Assembly: GCF_009834535.1 (NCBI RefSeq)
Contig: NC_045707.1
Coordinates: forward strand, 54,624,001 to 54,688,000
Length of the DNA: 64,000 nucleotides
Source: Camelus ferus
Taxonomy: Eukaryota
Direction: 5' to 3'
Every line of letters begins with the position of its first letter. Position 1 is the first letter of the stretch. The notes under the pieces were generated by a model that was not told the DNA's origin, made no database searches, and was given only the letters and a program-made list of their open reading frames with translations. Of this stretch, positions 13,150 through 25,020 are shown piece by piece. A program made the position numbers and the translations under genes.

Positions 13150-13865
13150 AGTGTAGTGTACCGGAGGGAGCACAGGAGGCTGGGGCATGTAATCAGAAGA
13201 CTTTGGTTATAGTCTCAGCTACACTGACTAGCTCTTCCAGTTACTATTGCTGCAGAACATATAATCCTGACATTTGGTGACTTAAAACAATAACAATCAT
13301 CATATCATTATCATTTCCAGTTCTTGGAGTTGACTGGATTCTCATTTGGAATTTCTTATACAGTTGCTGTCACACTGTAGCTGAGGATGGAATCATCATC
13401 ACAAATGCTTGTTCCCTCACACGCCTGTTGATCGATGCTAACTGTTAACCATAACGCCCACAGGAGGTTTTTTCACAAGGCTTGAGCTTGTGGAAAAGCA
13501 TAGAGCTTTTATAACCTAACTTCAGAAGTTACATAGATTCAGTTCCCAGTACAGCCAAGGGCCGGCCCAGCTCCTAGGGGCATGAACATGGACACGTGCA
13601 GCCCTCAGTAGGAAGTATATCAAAGTCACTGTGTAAGACCAGCATCTGGGGCTGGACAATTTGTTACAGCCGCCCTGGAAAATATGATCTGTCATACTAG
13701 CGATGCTATCTTAATCAAGTTCCTGAGTTCCTCTGTGCTTCCATTCTTCCACCTATAAAATAGGAATAGTAACTGCTTGACTGTTCCACGCCAGGGTTAT
13801 GGAAGTCAGATATTAGGATGTATAATACAAGATGTAATAAAGTTTCAAACACAATATAAATGAAA
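13150..13865 (+). mobile_element. MIR split by an MLT1 LTR
   Basis: MIR 5' part (aatcagaagactttggttatagtctcagctacactgactagc) at 13150-13232 and MIR core (ttcctctgtgcttccattcttccacctataaaataggaatagtaa) after 13701. Confidence 0.7.
13233..13696 (-). mobile_element. MaLR solo LTR (MLT1H-like)
   Basis: The minus strand starts tatgacagatcatattttccaggg, as recalled for MLT1H. 5-bp TSD CTAGC at 13228-13232 / 13697-13701. Confidence 0.8.
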
Positions 13866-14524
13866 GCTGTTATTAGGATATAAATATTCTCTAGCTTATG
13901 TGACAAGGAGGTGTGGATTGCAATCTTAGATTCCAACTCTTGTATCAAGTTATTACTTTCTAGCTTGGCAATAAATTGCCCTTATGAAATATGCAATGGA
14001 GTCAATACAGTATGAAAACAAAGAATCAAGCTCTAAAAGGCTGATTCCAAAAATTCTTTACATGTACAAACTTGGAAATGAATTGTCATAGGAGTTAAAA
14101 TATCTTATTTATGATAAGACAATTACTCAGTATGCTGTGCAATTGTCAAAATTTTGGGAGCTTTTGAGTTTCATTTTTCTAATGAAATATTTGGTGTCTT
14201 TGCATATAACTTTTCTATGCTTCAGTTGTCTTCATCAGTAAAATTAAATACCATCACTTTGTAATATACATTATGTTAAATAATCAATTAGATAAAGTTT
14301 AGAATAATACCAACATGAGTGGCAAATATAATCTGGTATAAAGGTATCATTGGAATTTGATTCTGAGTTAGGCTTGATCAGGCCAGATAGAGGGCATGCA
14401 ATAATGACCTAATTTTCACACCTCTACCTCCAAATATCCTACTCATTTAAGTAAATCAAGGGACTTATATTTGGCTTTTTCCCTTGCCCATGAATTCTGA
14501 TAATAACCCTATTTAGTTCTGTTG

Positions 14525-14790
14525 GTAGAGATGCAATGTTGCCAGTTTTGAAGACAGAGGAAGGGGACTCCAGCCAAGGAATGTGATCAGCCTCTACAAG
14601 CTGGAAAATGCAGGGAAACAGATTCTCCCCTGGAGACTAAAGAATGGAATGCAATTATGTCGATATGCTGATGTTAGCCCAGTGAGACCTGTGTTGGACT
14701 TCCTACCTACAGAACTGTAAGATAATAAGTTTTTGTAATTTTGAAATTACCAGGTATGTGACAATTTGTTACAACAGCAATAGAACACTA
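14525..14790 (+). mobile_element. MaLR LTR 3' half (MLT1C/D-like)
   Basis: agccaaggaatgtgatcagcctctacaagctggaaaatgcagggaaacagattctcccctggag...agaactgtaagataataa...tttgttacaacagcaatagaa. Confidence 0.85.
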
Positions 14791-16149
14791 GGGAGAAACA
14801 GTGTCAATACAACATTGGGAGACTGCATTTTTTCAAACTTTCAACTTCATTTTAGATTCTTCATGATGCTTTCCAGAAACATTCATTCATATATACTGAA
14901 TATATGCATTTAAAGTTTAGATGTGGCTAACTGAAATTCTGGAAATTTATTAAGTCCACTCGTAATTATCTTTTTTCTATTGGAGAACCAATGTGAATAT
15001 AGGAGAATACCATTGGATAAATAAGACATAAAAATCATCCTTAGACTTGACACAAAGTTATCTAAATATTTGTTATCAAATTTTCCTGTATTTTTTCATT
15101 GTAATAATCTATTTTTAGCATGTAGACTGATACATCCAAAATATTTAAAGGAGGAAGTTTAATATTAACGGTAATATTTTATGTTTTTTCCAGCTGTGAT
15201 TAAAAAAAAAAAAACTCACAGAACAACTCAGTGTCAGATGTACTAACCATACGGCCATATACATTATTTTATAACCAAGTTTTTTTTTTCCAGATGCTGC
15301 ATAGCTTTAATGTTACAAGTGATTAAAAATATTTGTAGTCACTGAGACTCTTTGATCTGTCAATATTAAAAGAAATCACAGACTGTTATAACTTCATATC
15401 ACATTTGTTTTTTCTTAGATTGAGTAGGAGTGAATAAATGTGCAATATAATATTTTATTCCCATACAGGAACATTTTATACTAAAGAAAAAACTGTAAAT
15501 AGAACATTTGTTACTATAGAGTAGGTTTAATCATTCTTTGTCATTTTTTCTCTCATAGAATATATATCTTCCCCTTTTCCAAATTTGTTCATTCTTAGTT
15601 TATACTGAGGACAATTCTTAGGCTTTAGATATATTTTGATATGATTTAAATTCCTTACTCTACCTTTTACTATCAGGTGGATTTTGCCAAGTCCTACGCC
15701 TCTCTAAATCATGCTTTTCGCATTTGGAAAATGACTACAATATTACAAAATATGTAAGATCTAGGAGTTTTTACAAAGGAGGCACTTAATCAATTGCAGT
15801 AATTATTGTTATTAAGATATAATACTGATGTTTATTTTTAAAAGTAAAATAGCTGGTTTAATACAAATATACTGCATAACAAAATATTTCTTCCTAACAA
15901 GATGTGTTAAATATACCAGCAATTTAAGTTAGGGAATGCGTATCTTAATTTGCAGTTGTCCATTCTTATGTGATAAACAAAAAATTGTTCTAGGTTAGAA
16001 ATAGGCCTCATAGGATTTCCTGAGCAACTTGGTGTAGCATGTACACTTCAGAGAACAAGTTCAATATCATACATTTTTGATCAATGTGAATATGAGACTT
16101 TAAAAAAGAATATATTGCTACTATTACTACTAATAATAATTACAATTAT

Positions 16150-16410
16150 AATATAAGCACCTAATATTTTGGGTGATTACAATGGACTCTTTTCTAAGTG
16201 CTTTGTATGTATTATTAATTCATTTTAATCTCACACTAACTAAAATGAATTAGTTTAAACACTAACTGAAATGAGTTAATAATACATATAAAATGAGTAA
16301 GTAATATTATCATCTTACTACACAGATGGGCAAAATGAAGCATGAGAAGGATAAATAACTGGCTTAAGGTGACAGTAGAGTTAGTAAGTGGAGGAGGTAG
16401 GATATAATAA
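16150..16410 (-). mobile_element. MIR SINE with internal short tandem duplication
   Basis: ttctaagtgctttgtatgtattatt...cagatgggcaaaatgaagcatgagaagg...ggcttaaggtgacagtagagttagtaagtgg. Confidence 0.7.
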
Positions 16411-19400
16411 TGAGTGATAGTACATATTTTGCATTTATCATTTATTATAAGAATAGTTGGATTAGGGGGCAATATGAATAAACTATTAAGTATAAACTGT
16501 TTAAAAGCTTTAGTTCAAATATTTTATACGACCTTTCATGTATTTGATATGTAAGCAGTAATTTGTACTAATGCATTTTCTCTATCCATAGCTAAATGTC
16601 TAGCAATATTTCTACTGTAAATCAAATGCTGCTGAGAAACTTAATATATATTTACTAGATAAACACACTGATATTTAAAAATTAATTTACGTAAGTTTGT
16701 GGCAATCAGCTGGCATCATTTCTGTGTTGCTAATTACTATAGGACTTTTTCCTTTATTAAAGAATTACTTTTCAATGGTAATTGTTTGATGCTTGCTTTC
16801 TCAAATTCCATTTTGCTTTCAAATTGGCCTTACTTTTCTGTGGACAAATAAATATTTGAATGATCCTGTGGATAAAGATATACTTTGTCCTAGGAATACA
16901 GTATCGAAAATATTTCATAAAACCCATTTAGGAAAACACAATACTCTGTTGCTCTGTTAAATAAGTGATGGTAGGTTTTAAAACACAAATAAATCATGCC
17001 CGCATATATTCATGATCAGCTAGCTGCTCCTACTCCTGTGCTGAGGCTGGTATTGTAATTACTTAAAATGAGCCTTCAGTGAAATGAAAACAAGAATATG
17101 AAAGAGGAAAAGCTATTTCCTGACATGAAACTACCAATTTAAAGACATGAATTTCTGCTCCATATATGCTGAATCTTATATCCGATCTGTCAGGTTGATA
17201 TTGAATGATTTTCCATATGAGGCAAACCTCTAAGGGAAACTTCCACAATTAAAGAAAAAAGGTTTTACTGAGTAACACTCATTTTTAAAAAGTTATCTAT
17301 ATGCTTTTAATTTTAACCTTTGATTTCCAACGCTTGAATTGAGCACTCTTCTAAAATGAATGATCTTTGTATTTGAGTTAATGTCTTCTTAAAATCTGTG
17401 CTCACATTTGTCAGAAATGTGCCCCTACTTATAATAAATATGTCTGTTCTTTCCTAGTATCTCAGTTCAATTTTCAAGAGAAAAAAATCTCAAATTAAAC
17501 TCTTACCCTAATGTTAAGTCATCTCTACAGAACTTCTCTTTGTGTTTTCCTTTCTTTTCTTAAAAACAATTATCCAAATTCAAGGAATAACAGGGAGATG
17601 GACTTTCCTCCTTACATTTTCAGGTGTAAAAAACACGCTCTCCCAAAACTTATTTAATTATATAAAAGAAAACAGTGTACTTGTCTTCGTATTTAATATT
17701 TTATTTGAGCCCTGAAAACTGTTAACTGTTACATGTGAACTTTTAGCTTTTCGTCTGATAGAAAGATAAACCCAAATGTTACCATTTTATGACCTTATAG
17801 GACGTAAACCAATTTTGTGTCTATTACACAATTCACTTCAGCATTCTGTTGACTGACTGACTATATAAACCCTTTGTTCTTGAATTCTTCTTTTAATTAG
17901 TCTTATCATCTTACTGGTTATCTCTTGAATTATAAAATTGAGTATTATCTTTGACAGACATTCATTTTAGACTTTTATGAAAGTCAAACTTTAATTCTTC
18001 AAAATGTTTATTTTAACATTTTTTTAATTAGTCTTTAAAAACGTTCCAAAGTTTACCCACTGAATGAATTTTTCTAGATCTTGGGGTGTTAAGCATCCTG
18101 GTTTTCTGGTTTTTTGTTTTTTGGTTTTTTTGTAAAATTATCTGTCCTTATGAGGAGCGACTACAAAGTCAAAATCTTTATTAAAGCAAATATAGAAGGA
18201 CTATAGACATAAAATACAGTCAGAAACAGTTTGTCAGCTGAGTTCTTAATTTATAGTTACAGATCATTTTATTTTATTTTTATTGTGGTGAGATATACAT
18301 AATATAAAATTCACTATCTTATCCATTCTCTTCTTATTGTACTCCCAATTGTAGTCCCTCTGGAGGCAAGTGAATAGCCCTTTTGTCTAGGGAAAGTAAG
18401 TGTGATGCCGTTTTTCCCCTACAAAATGGCCAACATCATGTGCAACCTCCAAGAAGAGTATGGTGGTTCAGAATTTTTAAGGTTTATGAACTTGAAGGAA
18501 TCAATAATAAGAAGTGAAATCACAGGAGCATCCGCATGGAGCATCCTTGGCTAAGTGGAGACTGAGCAATAAGGTTACTCTCTGTCAAAAAGCCACATGG
18601 CCTACATAGGGATCTGGGTCATCCTGGTTTCATCTCAGCAATAGAACAGTATCGAATGCCAATTTCAATTCAGTGTGGAGGTATCAGATCAAAGGAGAAC
18701 CATCCCAAAGTAGTAATCTCCTTTTTGAGTCTAGAAGTCAGAGCTAAATCCTTTTTAGACTAGTAGCCCTTAGATAGTTAGAAGGAGGAGGGAAATTCAA
18801 GAAGGAGATACTGGTTTTTCTTCTAATAGGGTATGTGAAAGCCCAGACAATTACCTGTAGACAATTGCACCCTGAGATTCATAAAGAAGCACATTCCAAA
18901 AATTGAGTCTCATGCTCTGAAGAGTTCTAAAGCTTTGAACTTCTACTGATACTTACTGCATAGTCATCAAAGATGCTAAGTAAATAACACTTTTATACAT
19001 GACTTCGGATATTTTTGCTAATGCTTGTAAAATATGTTAAAGACAACCTAATTTCTGTATCTATATTCATCTTGCTATCTACATTTCATCAAAATCCACC
19101 TAGAATTTCCACTTGTTTCCTATATTTATCTTGTGTCTTATGGGGCTTACTGTGGCAGTAGAGAGAAAAGAACTAGAAAAAAAAAGAAAAAAAGTTAAAA
19201 TAGAGAGAGAGCGTAAAGGGAGGAAATCCTGGTATCTCAGGAATCTTCTCCCAACTTAGATTTTATTTTTTTTTGTTTCAATTTTTAGTTCCCTCATATT
19301 TTAGTATCACTTTTTTTTTTCCTATTCTAGATATTTTGTTTTTTCTTCCTGTTCTCTCCCTTATTTAATATGATAGTTCAGAGCAGTCCATAGTTAATAT

Positions 19401-20895
19401 TATGGTACAAAATGAAAAACATAACTTAAAAATAATTCAAGTTCACTTGAAAATAGCACCTGGGGAAAAGAATGTGGGGGGAGGGTGGAATGCTCTTTCT
19501 CCCCTTTCTTAGAGACACTAGCCTTGCCTTTGCTTGTGTAGTCTAAAGGTAAAGTGCCTATGTGGAAAATTTTAGACTGGTGAGATGGTGTAAGCAGAAT
19601 TTAAAAAGCTTTGAGGGATTAATTTTGGAATACTGAGATTTTATCTGTAATTACAGATTCAGATAGTTTTTTAGCAATGAGAGAATAGGAGACTTAGAAA
19701 CTATGGCCGATGACAGGCTGCATGATTTTGTAAAACTATTTCATCATTTTAAAGCTCAAATTCCTTATCTTAAAAAAGTGAAGAAAATAGAGCAAACTTG
19801 ATAGATTTTGTTGATCAAATGAGGTACATCTCACAGGGGATTATCCTATATGGATTTGCTTGACTAAACCTGGTTTCCATTAAGACTTTTCTCTAAACAT
19901 TCCCAGTCTCTTGTCTCACTGCTCTATCTTCCTCTTCTCAGAAGAGTAAAAGAATGCTTAGCTTCAGTTTGGTAAGAATAATATATAATGAATAAGTGTG
20001 TTACCTGGTTGCAAAGGGGACAATCATTGGAAATCAACAAAGGGGAGGGGAAACGACAATTTTATAGACAAATTAGAAATGTCAGTTGGTGTTTCCAGAG
20101 CCTAAACTAATAGAAAAAAGTCTTAAATGCCACTTCTTGAAAGAAGACTCAGTGGGTCACTTTGCCCATGTTGAAGTATGTGTCTACTTTTATGTAGGTG
20201 AGTGTCCAAATCTATAGAATTTTCCCTGGCCTTAAGCAATGCATGGAGCTCTAACAAGCACCAACAATGCAAGTATGGCTGAAGTAAAGAATCTAGGGGA
20301 AAGAGAGGATTTTTTATAGTCACACCTTTATAGCCATAAAGAGACAAAGCAATTATTTGCTGAATTGTATCTTTTATTTCAGCAATTCTATGGAAAATTT
20401 TAATTACAGGCCTAGAAGAGTGGCAGTAGATTGGTTGCCTTTAATTTGATTCCTTCTAGATTAAACCATGGAAAGACTAATCTTGAACAAAGGCTGAAAA
20501 ATAATCAATCATTCATTCAGTGAATATTCACTGAGGAACAACCATGTGCTAGGAATTGTTCCAGGTAATTTATCATCAAAACAAAAATAAAACAAAATAG
20601 AAGAGAAAAACCATAAAAAAACATAGAGTTGACTTCTTAGCAGTATTAATAATATCCATAATCAGAGAGAAATTGGGAAAGCACCTTTGAAAGACCAGGG
20701 TACTATCCATGTGAAATAATAACTTGAAACTATTTGAGAAAAGAAGACCATGAATGTGAGTTAAATATAATCAAATGAATATTTTTTCAGATAAAAGTGG
20801 TATAGTGTAGCAAAGTATGCAAGTAACATTTGGGTCTTGAGGAAATGTACTGTAAAAATGTGTGGAATTAGGACTCCACGGAAAGACACAGGAAT

Positions 20896-20897
<2 letters not shown>

Positions 20898-20950
<53 letters not shown>
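20898..20950. repeat. Compound (TC)n(AC)n microsatellite
   Basis: Directly visible uninterrupted repeats. Confidence 0.95.
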
Positions 20951-21055
20951 ATCAGGGAAGACAGTTATAGCTTGAGTCTAAGATTTGGCTAAATACAATG
21001 TACAATGGGAGAGTATTTCCTTAGAAGGATTGTCCAATCAAGAATCTGAAATTGG

Positions 21056-22175
21056 CCAAAAATAATTTTAAAAAAGGAACTTAATTAAACTTATAAGCTT
21101 TTGCACAGCAAAGGAAACCATAAGCAAAGCAAAACCTAACAGAATGGGAGAAAATATTTGCAAATGATGACTGACAAAAGTTTAATTTCCAGAATATATA
21201 AACAGCTCATACAACTTAATAACAAAAAAGCCCCAAACAACCCAATACAAAAATGGGCAGAAAACCTAAACAAGTAGTTCTCTAATGGCCAATAGACACA
21301 TGAAAAAAAAAAAAAAAAGCTCAATATCACTAATTATCAGAGACATGCAAATCAAAACTACAATGAGGTGTCACCTCACACCAGTCAGACTGGCCATCAT
21401 TAAAAAGTCCACAAATGATAAATGCTGGAGAGAATGTACACAGCTGGAGGGAATGTAGTTTGGTGCAGCCATTATGGAAAACAGCATGGAGATTCCTCAA
21501 AAAACTAAAAATAGGCTTATCATATGATCCAGCAATCCTACTCCTGGGCATGTATCCAGAGGGAACTTTAATTCAAAAAGATACATCCACCCCAATGTTC
21601 ATAGCGGCACTATTTACAATAGCCAAGACATGGAAACAACCTAAACATCCATCAACACATGACCAGATAAAGAAGCTGTGGCATATTTATACAATGGAAT
21701 ACTACTCAGCCATAAAAAATAATAAAGTAAAGCCATCTGCAGCAATTTGGATGGACCTGGTGATTGTCATTCTAAGTGAAGTAAGCCAGAAATAAAAAGA
21801 AAAATACCATATGATATCACTCATCTGTGGAATCTAAAACAAAAAGACAGAAGAAGACACTAATGATCTCATCTACAAAACTGAAACAGACTTACAGACA
21901 TAGTAAACAATCTTATGGTTACCGGGGGGAAAGTGGGTAGAGAAGGAATAAATTGGGAGTTTGAGATTTGCAAATATTAACTACTATATATAAAAATAGA
22001 TAAAAAACAAATTTCTTCTGTATAGCATAGGGAATTATATTTAATATCTTGTAGTAACCTATAATGAAAAAGAATATAAAAACAAATACATGTATGTATA
22101 TATATGACTGAAACATTATGCTGTACACCAGAAACTGACACATTATAAATGACAATTCTTCAATCATAAAAGAAA
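21056..22175 (+). mobile_element. 5'-truncated lineage-specific L1 (ORF2 C-terminus + 3' UTR)
   Basis: ORF 21415-21795 ([33 protein letters not shown]...PMFIAALFTIAKTWKQPK...IYTMEYYSAIK) is the L1 ORF2 C-terminal region. Perfect 16-bp TSD aagaatctgaaattgg at 21040-21055 / 22176-22191. Confidence 0.95.
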
Positions 22176-24659
22176 AAGAATCTGAAATTGGGCAAGATGT
22201 TGGAATATAGGAGGCATTTGGCAGTCCCAGAACTCATGGTTTCTAATCTCTCACTGTGGGGATCCAACAAGATGGATTCTACTAGAAAATACTAATAAAA
22301 ATGTACCTGGACCAAAAACCTAAAAGATGCCTCCTGACTCGAGAAACAGTGCTCACTCTCAATAGTAAAGAAAGGGTCAAAATTAAGCAGGCTTAACTGT
22401 ACCAACTCAGCTGAGCCTTCCTGAAGCCGGGAGAGGAACAGTATCTGGAAATAACACACTAGAGTTCTCTCCCTCTTTTGCAGAGAAAACCCACTCAAGG
22501 ACTAGAACACTGGAACATTGAGGAGCAGATACCATGAGGACTGCACGGCTGAGGTGTTGGTTTTCACTACCTCTCTAGTGACTCAGATTCCTAAGTTTCG
22601 GTAACAGCTTCAGTTCAGAATCTGCTGCAAGGGTTTCTGCAGGTGAAAATAAAGATGCACTGGTTTCTTCTCCAACAGGCAGTTCTCTTAGTTCTGAGTT
22701 ATTTAACGGACACCTGCACACACAGATAATTCACATTCAATTCAGCACTGAAATGCCAAAAATAGAGAGTTAAAGAAGGAAACAGAAATTAAAATCTGAA
22801 TGAAGACAGGGGGAAGGTACTACAAATTACAACCAAGAATGAGTGTCTTCATGCCATGAAGGCCTCAACTAATTGAGAAAGTGCTAGGAGCTTAAATGCC
22901 ACTTTCTGAGGGAAGATAAGAGGATTTTTTCCTCTCCAAAAGTATGATATAGACAGAGTATGAAAATGAACTACTCCTGGGGTATTTCTCTCAGTGAATA
23001 ACTTCAAAGGCATGGATTCCATTCAACTGAGAACCTACAGAGGCTAAAGCCAAAGACTTGGTCTGCCAGCCGTCTATCGCCAACATAGCAGTGAGTCTGA
23101 GGCAACCCTAAATGTATTCCGGGAATAACATTTTGTTGTCTGGGGTGACTAGGGTAGGAGAGGCAGACTGGCTTGTTTTCTAAATTTGCTGGATGTTGAG
23201 CAGTGCAGTGATAATCTTGTGAGGCCAGTAAATTCTTTAGACTCTTTAAATGTTCAGCCCATGAAAGACTTGGCATTAAACACATGGAACCACAACCAAT
23301 TATAGGAAGAGAGAGCTCTGGCTGCAGCTGCTGAGAAAAGTCAGCAACTCCACTTGGTTTTGAGAAACACTCCAGTTGATACTAAGCAAAATGCAAAGTA
23401 GGGGCGGGTAGATTTAGCTTTCAATTTCTCTGAATTCACAAAGTAAAATCATTTCATATTTGGCTTTAATTCCCCTTCTAATAAAAATCAACATTATTTC
23501 TGAGATTTAAGTTATCCTTGGGAATTTGATAAGGGAGAGCATCAACTTGTTATCATTGGGAGGTCTTCATGAGGTTTGTCTCAATGTTGTCACTTTGATT
23601 TCACGATCTTATCGGCTATATTGGACAAAATAACCAGTCATAAATTAGAAGGGAAATAAAATAGAGACTTTATTTTCAGTCTTGAGTAAAAAGTGACCTT
23701 GGGGTGATTTTACTCAGTGCACTATTTGTATTCATTTCAGGACCTTCGGGGGCCTTAACATATGCCACTAACATGGTTGACACTGGACCAGGATTGTTCT
23801 GAGGAATCACTGATATCCTCTTCTAACCGGTCCAGACATACTCTAGATGACCACTGGCTTAATGGTTAAGCTCAAATGGCTAAGACAGCAAAATGCTGTT
23901 ATGGAGAAAGGGCTTTTCTCTGACTGCTAGTTTCTGTAAAACGAAATTTTCTCCAAATACTCTTACTCTCGTCTTACTTCTTACCTGTCCTCACAGAAGA
24001 AAAATAACATGATTGAAATTTCTTAGTCGAGTGTCAGTAACCTTGTGGAAATTCCTGTGTGAAGGGACTTTGCTCTCTCTCAGACTCCTCCAGTCCCCAC
24101 TCAGATAGCATGTCTATCACTAGGAATTTCTCTCACGTAGGTTCAAATCCTTAGGACTGTTGTTCTAAGGCTAAGATTGGTGATTAGGAAAATGGTGATA
24201 CCGTTGTTCCAATATGCATATAACATCATAGTTATAATGAGGGTATCTCTGCGTGTTCTAATATTTCCTTTCATCAATACTATTAGAATGTAGGTAGAGG
24301 AGCAGGGTATGAATTGTTGGGCTCCATCAAGACCCTAACATTTTACATGTACCTGTATGGACCACAAGCCTGCATGTACTCGACTACTTCTCTGCTCATA
24401 AGCTTCCCCCCCCCAATAAAATCTGTTATATCTGCACTGTTTGGTGCTAGTGATTATGTGTCCATGACTCTCTTGCATGACAGATATCTACACTGGAATT
24501 ACAGAAATCCAGTCTCTCTCTCTCTCTCTCTTTTTTTTTTTCCTGATGAAATGAATGAAGTATCTTAAATATGCCACTATCCAGAATCTTCAGGTCACCA
24601 CGGGGCATCTTTCTCCTCTATAACACCCAGTGATGGCCTCATAGGCCACACGGCTTAAT

Positions 24660-25020
24660 GGATCAGTCAGAATAGTATGAGCTATGGTATGGTGAAAACA
24701 AATTGAAATTTTCACTTAAAACAACAGAGTTCATTTCTTATATATGCTACATGTCTATTGTGGGCAGGAAAGGAGGTTATGTACATCACAGTTACCTAGG
24801 GTATGGGTTGATGAAAACTCTGTTATAATGCATGCTTCCAGAATTGCTGTCAGTGAGAATAAAATGTAGTAAGCTACATTTAAGCCTTCAGACCAGATGT
24901 GGAACATGTCGCTTTCACTCACATTTTCTGATCAAAGTAAGTCATACAGTCATGCTTGAACAGGTTTTGTTAAACAAATCTGATTCTCCAGTTCGGAGGA
25001 TCACCTAAATATTTTGGTAT
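24660..25020 (-). mobile_element. Old MaLR LTR (MLT1K/L-like)
   Basis: cttaaaacaacagagttcatttctt...cactcacattttctgatcaaagtaagtcatacagtcatgc. Confidence 0.6.
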
